From: Clostridia bacterium
GTDB lineage: Bacteria; Bacillota; Clostridia; TANB77; CAG-465
Length of the DNA stretch: 64,000 nucleotides
Reading direction: 5' to 3'
NCBI GenBank assembly: GCA_017478805.1
Contig: JAFVCY010000010.1
Coordinates: 484-64,483, forward strand
The notes below the pieces were generated by a model. That model was given only the letters and a program-made list of their open reading frames with translations. It made no database searches and had not been told where the DNA came from. Numbering within the stretch: position 1 is the stretch's first letter; every line of letters begins with the position of its first letter. Position numbers and translations under genes: made by a program. Shown piece by piece: positions 39,948 to 50,382 of this stretch.

Positions 39948-42236
39948 TTAATTAAAACAACACTCATAAGTTGTTTTTATACCAAATCCAGCACTAACTG
40001 GTCTTTTTATTCTTTCACTTCCACCTTCTACATGTGTATGTTCATGTCTTCCACATTTAGGACATACATCTGCAATTATTCCAGTATAACCACATATTGG
40101 GTCTCTATCTACTGGATGGTTAACACTTCCGTAACCAATATTATTTTCTTTCATACATCTTATAACCTGCTCAAACGCCTCTAAATTTTTTGTTGGATCT
40201 CCATCAAGTTCAACATAACTTATATGTCCACCATTTGTAAGTGCATGATATGGAGCCTCTATTTTTATCTTATCAAAAGCATTTATTTTATAATATACTG
40301 GAACGTGGAAAGAGTTTGTGTAATACTCTCTATCTGTAACTCCAGGTATTCTGCCAAATAACTTTTGGTCCATTTTAACAAATCTTCCAGATAACCCTTC
40401 AGCTGGTGTAGCAATAAGCGAATAATTAAATTTAGTTTCTCTTGCCTCTTTATCTACTCTTTCTCTCATATGAGATACTATTTTTAAACCTAACTCTCTT
40501 GCTTCTTCAGACTCTCCATGATGTTTTCCAATTAAAGCAACTAAAGTTTCTGCAAGACCTATAAATCCAACTGTTAAAGTTCCATGTTTTAAAACTTCTC
40601 CAACCTCATCTTCATAAGATAATTTTTCTGAATCCATCCATACATGCTGACCCATTAAAAATGGATAATTCTTAACTTTTTTCTTTGCTTGAATTCTATA
40701 TCTAAACATTAATTGTTCTATAACAAGATCTAGTTTTTCATCTAACATTTCAAAGAATTTATTTATATCCCCATGAGCCATTATTCCAAGTCTTGGAAGA
40801 TTTATAGATGTAAAACTTAAATTTCCTCTTCCTGTTACAATTTCACGTGTTGGGTCATATACATTTGCTACAACTCTTGTTCTACATCCCATATATGCAA
40901 CTTCAGTTCTATAATCTCCAGGCTTGTAATACTGAAGATTAAATGGCGAATCTATAAATGAGAAGTTAGGAAATAATCTTTTAGCTGAAACTTTACATGC
41001 AAGCTTGAATATATCATAATTAGGCTCTCCCGGATTATAATTTATCCCTTCTTTGATTTTTAGTATTTGTATTGGGAATATTGGTGTTTCACCATTTCCA
41101 AGTCCAGCATCAGTTGTTTTTAAAAGTTCAAGCATAACCATTCTTCCCTCTGGAGTAGTATCTAATCCATAGTTTATTGAAGAAAATGGTACTTGTGCTC
41201 CAGCTCTTGAGTGCATTGTATTTAGATTATGTACAAATCCTTCCATTGCTTGATATGTTGCTTTTCTTACTTCTTTTTCTGTATATTTAACTGTAAATTC
41301 TTGTATTTTTTTAACTAATTTTTCACTAAATTTTTCACCTAAAACTTTTGCTTCTTCTTCTAAATAGCCATTTGTATTTTCTAGAGTTGGTAGTAAATTA
41401 CATGTATCTTTAATTGTCTGTCTTAATTCTTCTACACATTGAGAAGCATCTGACATATCAACTAAAAGTTCTAAAGCTTTAGTTAAATTTTCATAGTATG
41501 ACCTAACATATGATTTTTTTACTCCTAAAGCCATAGCATATTCAAAATTAGGAATACTTTGACCTCCATGTTGATCGTTTTGATTTGACTGAATTGCAAT
41601 AGCAGCTAAAGCCGCATATGAACCTATACTTTGTGGTTCTCTTAAATGTCCCTCTCCTGTTGAAAATCCTCCATCAAATAGCTTTATTAAATCAATTTGT
41701 GTACATGTAGTTGTAAGTGTTAAGAAGTCTAAATCGTGTATGTGTATATCTCCATTTTTATGAGCTTCTGCATGTCTTTTATCTAGTACAAACATCTGGT
41801 AGAATTTTTTAGCTCCTTCACTACCGTATTTAAGCATTGTTCCCATTGCAGTATCTGCATTAACATTTGCATTTTCTCTTTTAACATCACTTTCTTTAGC
41901 ATCTGAAAAAGTAAGTTGCTCATAAGTTTTCATTATGTCTGAATTCATTTCTCTTTTTTGATTTCTTTCAGCTCTATATAATATATAGGCTTTTGCTGTA
42001 CTTGCATGGCCATTTTCAATTAAAATCTTTTCAACGGCATCTTGTACTTGTTCAACTGTAGGTACTTTTGATGAGCATGTTGCATCTAAATACTCACACA
42101 CTTTAAAAGCAAGCTGTTCAGCTGTTTCAAAGTCATGCCCTCCTACAGATTTGGCAGATTTATATATTGCATTTGATATTTTATCTATGTTAAATGCTAC
42201 TTCTCTACCATCTCTCTTGATTATCTTTGTAATCAT
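39948..42236 (-). CDS. nrdD: Anaerobic ribonucleoside-triphosphate reductase, class III. The start is at the ATG at 42236.
   Basis: It has an ATP-cone (MITKIIKRDGREVAFNIDKISNAIY) and a C-terminal Zn/Gly-radical region (CPKCGRHEH...). A GGAGTGG RBS precedes the start. Confidence 0.9.
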   Translation of the reverse strand: MITKIIKRDGREVAFNIDKISNAIYKSAKSVGGHDFETAEQLAFKVCEYLDATCSSKVPTVEQVQDAVEKILIENGHASTAKAYILYRAERNQKREMNSDIMKTYEQLTFSDAKESDVKRENANVNADTAMGTMLKYGSEGAKKFYQMFVLDKRHAEAHKNGDIHIHDLDFLTLTTTCTQIDLIKLFDGGFSTGEGHLREPQSIGSYAALAAIAIQSNQNDQHGGQSIPNFEYAMALGVKKSYVRSYYENLTKALELLVDMSDASQCVEELRQTIKDTCNLLPTLENTNGYLEEEAKVLGEKFSEKLVKKIQEFTVKYTEKEVRKATYQAMEGFVHNLNTMHSRAGAQVPFSSINYGLDTTPEGRMVMLELLKTTDAGLGNGETPIFPIQILKIKEGINYNPGEPNYDIFKLACKVSAKRLFPNFSFIDSPFNLQYYKPGDYRTEVAYMGCRTRVVANVYDPTREIVTGRGNLSFTSINLPRLGIMAHGDINKFFEMLDEKLDLVIEQLMFRYRIQAKKKVKNYPFLMGQHVWMDSEKLSYEDEVGEVLKHGTLTVGFIGLAETLVALIGKHHGESEEARELGLKIVSHMRERVDKEARETKFNYSLIATPAEGLSGRFVKMDQKLFGRIPGVTDREYYTNSFHVPVYYKINAFDKIKIEAPYHALTNGGHISYVELDGDPTKNLEAFEQVIRCMKENNIGYGSVNHPVDRDPICGYTGIIADVCPKCGRHEHTHVEGGSERIKRPVSAGFGIKTTYECCFN

Positions 42237-42270
42237 AAAACTACCACTCCTTGTATTTGACTGCCAAGTT

Positions 42271-42290
42271 AAATACAATATATTGTATTT
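42271..42290. promoter_or_regulatory. NrdR box, a perfect 20-bp palindrome.
   Basis: The sequence is aaatacaatatattgtattt, which fits the consensus acaCwAtATaTwGtgt. Confidence 0.5.
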
Positions 42291-42732
42291 AACTTGCATA
42301 AAAATTATAACATAGCAGTGCAAAGTAGTCAATGAATATGATATTCATTTTTTAAAATGTAATATAACTGTAACTTTAATCTTTTTACTTATGTTAAATA
42401 TATCTAAAGAATATCTATATTTTAGTAAAAATCGACATTTTATTTGTTTACTTTACACTACATAAAAAATGCAATTTTATGAAAACTAGCAAATTTTAAT
42501 ACTACTATATCTTGTATATGGTTACATAATTAATATACAAGATAGCAATTAAGAAGTAAAAAAGCATAATAAAGGTATATCATTTTACATAACTTAACAA
42601 ATAAAATAATTTATGGTATAATAATAGTGTATTTATTAAGTTATCACAATCGCAAGTGCGTAGAGTGAGTCTATCTAAAAGCACATTTGCTATTGTGAAA
42701 AAATTTTTAGTTCTTTGAAGGAGGACAAAATT

Positions 42733-43149
42733 ATGACTAAGGTTAAGACATTTTTTAGCAAAGTAGTGGATAAGATTAATGAATTTGAGGGTTTTGTTTA
42801 TAAAAATCTAGAAAAAAAAGACATCCGGCTAAGTGCTACCAAGTCTTGGGTAAGTGTGATTTTGGTACAACCTGTTATGGTGATTATTACTGACAATTTT
42901 GATATATGGGTAAGATTTGCTATAGCCTGTACTATATCCCTTGTAACTTTTTTTGTATTATTTTACCTAAATTTATACAAGGCTGCAAAAGCAAACGATG
43001 AAAAAGAAAAATTACAAGAGTTAAATGGTAAAATTTATCGAATAACCAAAGACTTAGATTGTGCGAAGCATTTCATAACCAAATATGAATATGAAATTTC
43101 TGATCTTACTGCTCGGATAGATAAGCTAGAAAAGCAGTTAAAGAGCTAA
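42733..43149 (+). CDS. Hypothetical membrane protein with a coiled-coil C-terminus.
   Basis: An AAGGAGG RBS lies 8 nt before the ATG at 42733, and a TM segment is present in the middle of the protein. Confidence 0.5.
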   Translation: MTKVKTFFSKVVDKINEFEGFVYKNLEKKDIRLSATKSWVSVILVQPVMVIITDNFDIWVRFAIACTISLVTFFVLFYLNLYKAAKANDEKEKLQELNGKIYRITKDLDCAKHFITKYEYEISDLTARIDKLEKQLKS

Positions 43150-43165
43150 AAAAGAAAATGTTTTA

Positions 43166-43200
43166 ACCACCCTATAACTTTTAGGGTGGTATTTTTATTT
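43166..43200 (+). terminator. Rho-independent terminator.
   Basis: A 9-bp stem (accacccta/tagggtggt) is followed by atttttattt. Confidence 0.7.
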
Positions 43201-43212
43201 GTATTATGTTTA

Positions 43213-43324
43213 TGTGAAACAAAATTAAGAAATTTTTACAAATTTGTTTCACATTTTTATTTTTTATGATATAATATATGTGAAACATTTCTTTGAGTTT
43301 TTTATGCAGGAAGTTTCACATATG
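43213..43324. promoter_or_regulatory. Two inverted-repeat operators (TGTGAAAC...GTTTCACA) bracketing an extended -10 (TGaTATAAT, 43267-43275).
   Basis: IR1 is tgtgaaacaaa (43213-43223) paired with tttgtttcaca (43243-43253). IR2 is atatgtgaaac (43276-43286) paired with gtttcacatat (43314-43324). Confidence 0.5.
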
Positions 43325-43332
43325 GAGGTATT

Positions 43333-44265
43333 ATGAACAATAAACTAGAAATAATTGAATTATTAAAAAATAAACAAATACTCGAAAAAGAACTAAAAAT
43401 GTTGGTATATGGTGCTGCCGAAGTTAGAGAAAGCAACAAGAAAAAATATCTATATGTACACTACAGAGAAGGCGGCATTTCCCTAACGAAATATGTAGGA
43501 GAATTTTCGGAAGAATTATTTAATCTTGTGTTAAACAATAACATTAAGGTAAAAGAAATAAAGAAACAAATAAAAGAAATTGACAAAAAATTAAAATTAC
43601 TAAATTATACTAGCTATGATTTAGACGAAAAAATTAAAAGAAATATAGATTTTGCTAAAAGACATCTAGTTGATACTATCTATAAACAGGCTATATTAGA
43701 AGGAATTGCTACAACATTTGCAGATACTGAAAGTATAGTTGAAGGCGGAAAAGTTAACAATATGAGTTCTGACGATATATTAAAGGTAATAAATTTAAAG
43801 CATGCTTGGGAATTCATTTTAAATGAAAATGTAATCTTAAGTGATACTAACTTTTCTTTGCTCTGTCAAATTAATAAAATGGTAGAAGAGGGATTTTATT
43901 ATTCAGCTGGTAAAATAAGAAATGTTCCAGTATCAATTGGTGGAACAAAATGGATGCCTTCTATGCCTATTGAAACTATAATAATAGAAGATTTGAATGC
44001 AATTATTAATAAAAATTTGTCTTACGAAGATAAAGCAATAGAATTACTATTATATGTCATGAAAAAACAAATATTTATAGATGGTAATAAAAGAACAGCA
44101 ATTATATTTATAAATCATTACTTAATATCTAAAGGTAAAGGAATAATTGTTATACCTGATAATGAAACAGAAACATTTAAAGAGTTACTAATTTTGTTTT
44201 ACGAAGGAAAAGACACTAAAAATATAAAAAAATTTATTAAGGAAAAATGCTTTATGAAGTTGTAA
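43333..44265 (+). CDS. Fic/Doc-family protein whose catalytic motif has Gln in place of the conserved His.
   Basis: The C-terminal region contains QIFIDGNKRTAIIF, against the HxFx(D/N)GNKR motif of Fic/Doc enzymes. Confidence 0.6.
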   Translation: MNNKLEIIELLKNKQILEKELKMLVYGAAEVRESNKKKYLYVHYREGGISLTKYVGEFSEELFNLVLNNNIKVKEIKKQIKEIDKKLKLLNYTSYDLDEKIKRNIDFAKRHLVDTIYKQAILEGIATTFADTESIVEGGKVNNMSSDDILKVINLKHAWEFILNENVILSDTNFSLLCQINKMVEEGFYYSAGKIRNVPVSIGGTKWMPSMPIETIIIEDLNAIINKNLSYEDKAIELLLYVMKKQIFIDGNKRTAIIFINHYLISKGKGIIVIPDNETETFKELLILFYEGKDTKNIKKFIKEKCFMKL

Positions 44266-44504
44266 ATACAAGCAAAACTAGCTAGCTCGGGCTTTGTTAC
44301 CTTATAATAGATATAGTAACGTTATCTTCAATTATATTGCTAAAATCTTACATTTTAAAACCATATATTATCTTTATATTACATGACACTTTGTTAATTT
44401 GAAGTAATCACAATGTAACTTTCCTCAATTAATTGAAATAATACAAATAACCGAGCTGTATAATAACGGCTCGATTATATTTTTGTATATATTCTACTCT
44501 AGCA

Positions 44505-45489
44505 CTATAAGTTATTTTTATCATTTAAGTTAGTAACATATCTTTGATTTGTATTTTTCGGCTGATTTGGTATTGTCATTTTTATTTTATTTTCTTTGAG
44601 TAATGGTTTTAGATATTCATAGAACAATGTTGGTCTATGTTTCAATCCAATATAATCCATAATTTCTTTTACACTTTTTGGCTCAATACAAAACTGTAAA
44701 ATAAGTTTTATTTTCTTTCTTGTTCGGTATTTCTTGTTCGGTTTTCTTGTTCGGTATTTTTGGTTCGATGTCATATTCAAATGGGTTTTCTTTAAATTTA
44801 AAAGAAACTCTTAAATAGTTTTCCATAAATATAAAGCAATCTTTATTATAGGATTTTAAAATTCTTAAAATACCAGAGCCAACATTTTCAATTAAATCAA
44901 CATCACTAAATATCTTAATTAATTCTTTATTTCTTCTATATACAAGACCTTTTAAGAAATCTTCCTTTTTGAGTTCTAGTGGCAAGCCACCTGTAGATGT
45001 AATTTCTAGTCTATCTGAATAAATTTCAACTATTGGTGTTCCGTTGTAAGAATAATCATTGTGGCATATAGCATTAATAAGAGCCTCTTTTACAGCACTT
45101 TCGTCAAACATTTTAACTTCTTCTCTACCACGAGAATTTAATTTTGTAAAAGTTCTATTTTCGACAGATAGTTTATTAATAATATTGTAAGCTACTGTTA
45201 TTAAACATTTATTTCCATATTCCTCATTTTCAACAATTTCATTTTTAGTAGTATCAGCATATTTTACAACATGAATTGGAATTCTGTTTTCATCCGCTAA
45301 TAAATATGCAGTAAAATTGTATTTTCCTTTTTCCGTAAGCAAATTTTCATTTCTAAAGAAGTTTTCATTAAAGTCTAGTCCACTTTCTTCATAATATATT
45401 TTTAATTGCTTAAATGTTAAATCTTGTCTTGGAGCCTCAATATTTGCAAGTGAATTTCTAACTCTTTTAGAAAAATAATCGTTTATCAT
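44505..45489 (-). pseudogene. GHKL-ATPase/AlbA-like transcriptional regulator, frameshifted within a tandem repeat.
   Basis: ORF 44683-45489 encodes the ATPase part (IENVGSGILRI). ORF 44505-44780 encodes the C-terminal wHTH in another frame, and the overlap coincides with the 14-bp repeats. Confidence 0.55.
44717..44766. repeat. Three to four tandem copies of the 14-bp unit TCTTGTTCGGTATT inside the coding sequence.
   Basis: The sequence reads ttcttgttcggtatttcttgttcggttttcttgttcggtatttttggttcg. Confidence 0.6.
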
Positions 45490-45643
45490 ATCTTACCTCA
45501 CTCATTATAATTTATTATAGCATAACATAGAATTTAGTATTTTTCTATTATTATTATTATGTGTTAACTTATTCATTTTTAAATATAACTTTCCTTTTAT
45601 GCAAAACTATCCAGCTAGCATTTTTGTGACTAGCTGGACTTCA

Positions 45644-46924
45644 TTATTTTACAATAGACACAGTACAGTTTTCTTCATTTAGTTTGTTTAAAAACTCTTT
45701 AACATCAAGCACTGTAACATTTTTTAATAATTCAATGCTATAATACAAATCATTTTCATTTAAAATTGTATCTATTATTCTTCTATATGAGTTATGAGGG
45801 TCTTCAGACTTCATGATAAACTCACCTAAAAGCTGTTTTTTAGTTATTTCTAGAAGTTCTTCATCTATTTTTTCATTTTTTAAATTAATTACATACTTTT
45901 TAATTTCTTCTGCAGCTTTTTTAGGGCATTTACTTTCAGTAGTAAGAATTAAGTGTGAGTACTCCTTTGCTCCTTCATAAAACATATACATATAATCAGA
46001 AACCATTTCTTTATTATACATTTTCTCATAAAAATCAGAGTTTTTAGCAAGATACATTTCAGATACTATTTGAGATAAAATATCCATTTTAACTACATCA
46101 TTTTTTAGAGCTATTTCCTCTTTAAACCCAATGTTTATAAGTGGCATAGATAACTTCATATCCTTTTCAGAAAAATCCTTCACAATGCTATCTGGCTCAT
46201 TTAAGGTGTATTTAATTATCTCGTTTGTTCTATTTTCTCTAGTATATTTCTTCACGTGCTCCTCTATTTTATTTATTGTATCTTCTACATCTACATCACC
46301 AATTATAACTATAAACATATTATTTAGGTTATAGAAAGTGTTATAACAAGTATACAAAATATCCTTTGTAATATGTGAAATACTCTCTATTGTTCCTGCA
46401 ATATCAATATTTACAGGATTTACGTGATACATATTTTTTAGTGCTTCAAAATACACAGAAAAAGATGGGTCATCATCATACATTGAAATTTCTTGCCCTA
46501 TAATTCCTCTTTCTTTTTCAACATTTTCTTTAGTAAAATATGGTGTCCTTACAAGCTTAATTAACATCTCTAAACCTAAATCAAACTTATCAGCAGTCTC
46601 AAAATAATATACTGTATGGTCAAAAGATGTATATGCATTAGAAGATATTCCTTCTTTAGAAAACAAATCCAAAGCATTTGCACCTTCTTGCTCAAATAAT
46701 TTATGCTCTAAATAGTGAGCAACTCCATCTGGAACTTTTACTCTTTCATTTGTAGTTATATCTATAAAATCATTGTGAACAGAACCATATTTTGTTCCAA
46801 ACATACCAATTTTCTTTGACTGCTTTTCTTTTTTACAAATATATACAGTAAGACCATTTGAAAGGTGCGTACTATATGTTCTTTCATTTAACTCCTTTGA
46901 AAACTCTTCTTTAATAGTGTTCAA
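45644..46924 (-). CDS. M16-family zinc peptidase, active subunit.
   Basis: It contains the HxxEH motif VAHYLEHKLF. Confidence 0.8.
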   Translation of the reverse strand: MNTIKEEFSKELNERTYSTHLSNGLTVYICKKEKQSKKIGMFGTKYGSVHNDFIDITTNERVKVPDGVAHYLEHKLFEQEGANALDLFSKEGISSNAYTSFDHTVYYFETADKFDLGLEMLIKLVRTPYFTKENVEKERGIIGQEISMYDDDPSFSVYFEALKNMYHVNPVNIDIAGTIESISHITKDILYTCYNTFYNLNNMFIVIIGDVDVEDTINKIEEHVKKYTRENRTNEIIKYTLNEPDSIVKDFSEKDMKLSMPLINIGFKEEIALKNDVVKMDILSQIVSEMYLAKNSDFYEKMYNKEMVSDYMYMFYEGAKEYSHLILTTESKCPKKAAEEIKKYVINLKNEKIDEELLEITKKQLLGEFIMKSEDPHNSYRRIIDTILNENDLYYSIELLKNVTVLDVKEFLNKLNEENCTVSIVK

Positions 46925-48178
46925 TTAAGCTTCACCTCCTAAAAAGTAAATAAGCTTTACTTCTACATTTTTAGCATAGGTTATAACATCTTCCTTTGTA
47001 ACATTTTCAAAATTTAAAATCATATCTTCTAAAGATATACTCATTTTTGTTATATAATTCATGTATAAAAATTTAGCCATAGCAAATTTTGAATCTTTGT
47101 ATTCTTTTAGGTCAGATAAAATTGAAGCTTTAGCAGTATTAAACTCTTCATCAGATATGTTTCCACTGCTCATATCACTTATCTGCTCTAAAATAATATC
47201 TTTTGCTTTTTCATAGTTCATCTTTTCAATTCCGGCATATATAACATATGTTTTCTTGAATCTATAATATCTACTTCTAGCAGTATAAGCAAGAGACGCC
47301 TTTTCTCTTACATTTTGGAATAGTTTTGATGAAGGTGTTGTACCTAAAATTGCATTATACATGTTAGCAATATAATAATCCTCTTCAGTCTCTTTAAAGT
47401 TTTTCATACCAACACAAATAGCTGCTTGAACTGTATCCATCTCTTCTTTAACTTCAGTTATTTTGTTTTCAAATACATTTTCTAAATTAATACTTTCAAA
47501 TATTTCATCTTCATTTGCTATATCACCAAAATTATCTCCAAATACTTCACGTATTTTATCCTCAATATTATCATAACCAGTTAAATTTCCAGATATAACT
47601 ACCGTCTTTAGCGAGTTATTTATAATATTCATATATGAACGTACGCAATCTTCATTACTTGTATTTTTTGCTTCTTCTAAATCACCATACACAAAAGCTC
47701 CTGCAGTTGTACCTTTGTTAATCAGCTCTTCTGCTCTTGAAACAGCGTATTTTATTTTTTCATCTTTTCTTTTTTCAATGTAATCTATAACTGTCTTCTT
47801 CTCTCTTTCAAAGATTTCATTATCAAATTTGCCATCATTAATGTTTGGAAAATATATAATTTCATTTAAAAAATCTATACACTTAGAAAGCACATCTTCT
47901 TCATTTGGCAAGTAATTCTTATTTACACAAATAATCCTAAATTCAAAATTGAACAAATCTCCAATCTTTTCTACATTTACTTCAAAATTTGAACCATAAA
48001 GACTTGCTAAATACTTTTCAATTTCTTTACTCGTTCTATACTTTTTACTCCCTTTCGATAAAGCAAAACAAGAGATTACGCTTTTTGCAATCTCTTCTTC
48101 TGCTATCTTAAGGGTAAAATTATATGATAAATATACTGACTTAAATCTATTATCATCATACTTTAATATTTTACCCAT
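46925..48178 (-). CDS. M16-family peptidase-like protein, the non-catalytic partner.
   Basis: It is adjacent to and co-oriented with the M16 peptidase and lacks an HxxEH motif. Confidence 0.65.
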   Translation of the reverse strand: MGKILKYDDNRFKSVYLSYNFTLKIAEEEIAKSVISCFALSKGSKKYRTSKEIEKYLASLYGSNFEVNVEKIGDLFNFEFRIICVNKNYLPNEEDVLSKCIDFLNEIIYFPNINDGKFDNEIFEREKKTVIDYIEKRKDEKIKYAVSRAEELINKGTTAGAFVYGDLEEAKNTSNEDCVRSYMNIINNSLKTVVISGNLTGYDNIEDKIREVFGDNFGDIANEDEIFESINLENVFENKITEVKEEMDTVQAAICVGMKNFKETEEDYYIANMYNAILGTTPSSKLFQNVREKASLAYTARSRYYRFKKTYVIYAGIEKMNYEKAKDIILEQISDMSSGNISDEEFNTAKASILSDLKEYKDSKFAMAKFLYMNYITKMSISLEDMILNFENVTKEDVITYAKNVEVKLIYFLGGEA

Positions 48179-48191
48179 ATATTTTCACTCC

Positions 48192-48629
48192 TTATACTAA
48201 TAATTTTCTTACTAAATCACTAACTAGCTTTCCGTCTGCTTTACCTTGAGTCTTTGGCCTTACTTCTTGCATAACTTTTCCCATATCTTTAATAGAAGTT
48301 ACACCTAAAGCATTTATTGCTTCTTTTACTATCTTTTCAACTTCTTCTTCAGATAATTGCTCTGGTAAATATTTAGATAAAATCTCAATTTCTTTTTCTA
48401 AGTCTTCAGCTAAATCGTTTCTTTCAGCCTTTCTAAATTCTTCAATAGATTCTTTTCTTTTCTTTACTTCTTTAGATACAACAACTTGAATTTCTTCATC
48501 ATTTAATGTTTTCTGTTCATCCTTTTCGATTTGAAGTATTGCTGCTCTTAACATTGTAATTGTATTTTTTCTTAATTCATCCTTTTCCTTCATAGCAAGT
48601 TTTAATTCTTCTAATAATTTTTCTTTCAT
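48192..48629 (-). CDS. yqeY: GatB/YqeY domain protein.
   Basis: It contains ...LRAAILQIEKDEQK...DGKLVSDLVRKLL. Confidence 0.8.
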   Translation of the reverse strand: MKEKLLEELKLAMKEKDELRKNTITMLRAAILQIEKDEQKTLNDEEIQVVVSKEVKKRKESIEEFRKAERNDLAEDLEKEIEILSKYLPEQLSEEEVEKIVKEAINALGVTSIKDMGKVMQEVRPKTQGKADGKLVSDLVRKLLV

Positions 48630-48667
48630 TTAAACCCTCTCCTTTATTATTACCAATATATTTATAA

Positions 48668-49762
48668 TTATTCTAAATGATTATTACTTGTATTTTCTAT
48701 TTTCTTAATTTTCCTAATTTTTATTGTATTAGTTATCTCTAAAGTTATAAATAAAGCTGCTGCAAAAAGCAGTATTATTATTTTATATACTCTTTGAGAT
48801 ACTAAAAGTACTGATATAATACATAAAATACTTGAAATAGTGTATAATATATATACTGCTTGCCTTTGATTTAATCCTCTTTTTAATAGTCTATGGTGAA
48901 CATGACCACCATCTGGCTGAAGTAGAGGTTTTCCTTTTGCTGCCCTTCTTACCATTGCAAATACAGTATCAAATACAGGTACACCAAGTGCAAGAATTGG
49001 TATTACAACTGCAATTACTGTATATCCTTTTGCAAACCCTAGTATAGATACAACTGCAATTGTGAAACCTATAAAATTTGAACCTACATCACCCATAAAT
49101 GTTTTAGCTGGGTGGAAGTTGTATGGCAAAAATCCAAGAAGTGCTCCAAGAAGTACAGATGTTATAACTATAGGTTCAATACTTGCCGATGTTGTAGCAA
49201 ATATTGTAAGAAGTGCAAATGATGCTATTGAAGATATTCCAGCTGCTAGGCCATCTAAACCATCAATTAAATTAACAGCACATGATATAGCTATTACCCA
49301 AAGCCCAGTTATTGGAAATGAAAGTATATCTAAAGGTACTTTACTTAAAAATGGTACATCTAATATTTCAATTCTTATTCCACACATATACACAGCTATT
49401 ACTGACAAAACTTGGAATATAAATTTATACCTTGCTCTTAACGTAAATATATCGTCTATTATTCCCATAAGAGCTATAAAAAACGCACCTAGTATGTACC
49501 CTAAAAACTGAGTACTACCTTTTAAAGAAAGCTGTGAAATAGGTGTTGCATTAAGTGTCATAAAGTAGTAAACAGCAAGACCTATTACCATAGATATAAT
49601 AATAGCCAGCCCTCCAACTCTTGGCATAGGTTTTGAGTGTACTCTTCTAGAGTCTTTTGGTATATCAACTAGGCCAAATCTTACCGCCATTTTTATAACT
49701 AGTGGCGTTGAAATAGCGGATATTACAATAGTTATAAAAATCATAAAAAGTACTGTTGTCAT
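48668..49762 (-). CDS. Glycosyltransferase family 4 polyprenyl-phosphate sugar-1-phosphate transferase (TagO/WecA/MraY-like).
   Basis: It contains DDIFTLRARYKF and NLIDGLDGLAAG, with 10-11 TM segments. Confidence 0.8.
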   Translation of the reverse strand: MTTVLFMIFITIVISAISTPLVIKMAVRFGLVDIPKDSRRVHSKPMPRVGGLAIIISMVIGLAVYYFMTLNATPISQLSLKGSTQFLGYILGAFFIALMGIIDDIFTLRARYKFIFQVLSVIAVYMCGIRIEILDVPFLSKVPLDILSFPITGLWVIAISCAVNLIDGLDGLAAGISSIASFALLTIFATTSASIEPIVITSVLLGALLGFLPYNFHPAKTFMGDVGSNFIGFTIAVVSILGFAKGYTVIAVVIPILALGVPVFDTVFAMVRRAAKGKPLLQPDGGHVHHRLLKRGLNQRQAVYILYTISSILCIISVLLVSQRVYKIIILLFAAALFITLEITNTIKIRKIKKIENTSNNHLE

Positions 49763-50217
49763 ACGTCTTCACCAAATTTTTCTTCTAAATCAGTAATCTT
49801 ACATAGTCTTCTTGCATGTCTTTCACCCTTAAAGCTCGACTTCATAAATATATCTATTCTTTCCATGACTTCATTTATATCATTTTCTTGTCTTCCACCA
49901 AAACAAATAACATTGCAGTCATTATCTTCTTTCATTTTCTTAGCTACTTCTTTGTTATAGCACGCTCCGGCTCTTATCCCTTTTATCTTGTTACATGCAA
50001 TAGATATTCCGATTCCAGTTCCACAAATTGCTATAGCAAAACTTCCAGTTTTAGATAACACTTCTTTTGTTAAATTTTTAACTATATCTACATAATCATC
50101 TTCATCATTTTGTGCATAATCAGTTACATCTATATATTCTATGCCTTTTTCTTTTAACTTAGCTATAATTTCGTGCTTTAACTTAAAACCTGCATGGTCT
50201 GCACCAATTATTATCAA
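49759..50217 (-). CDS. rpiB: Ribose-5-phosphate isomerase B.
   Basis: It contains MIIIGADHAGFKLKHEI...AIAICGTGIGISIACNKIKGIRAGAC. Confidence 0.85.
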   Translation of the reverse strand: MIIIGADHAGFKLKHEIIAKLKEKGIEYIDVTDYAQNDEDDYVDIVKNLTKEVLSKTGSFAIAICGTGIGISIACNKIKGIRAGACYNKEVAKKMKEDNDCNVICFGGRQENDINEVMERIDIFMKSSFKGERHARRLCKITDLEEKFGEDV

Positions 50218-50337
50218 AAAATCACTTCCCTACATATTTCAAATTTATGTAATTACTAAACATCTATATTATATCAATTTAAAGCACAATTATCAATAGA
50301 AAAGTAAATAAATATATTTTTTTACATATTTTTTGTC

Positions 50338-50366
50338 TTGAATTGTAACAAAGTTTTGAGTATAAT
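50338..50366 (+). promoter_or_regulatory. Sigma-A promoter TTGAAT-17-TATAAT upstream of tdk.
   Basis: The sequence reads ttgaattgtaacaaagttttgagtataat. Confidence 0.5.
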
Positions 50367-50382
50367 GTAGTGGGTGACAAAT

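Noticed and set aside
42643-42700. An imperfect inverted repeat (tcacaatcgcaagtgc ... gcacatttgctattgtga) upstream of the 42733 gene, considered as a riboswitch or operator.
   Set aside because: It has multiple mismatches and no recognisable motif. It may be a weak regulatory hairpin but is too uncertain to report as a feature.
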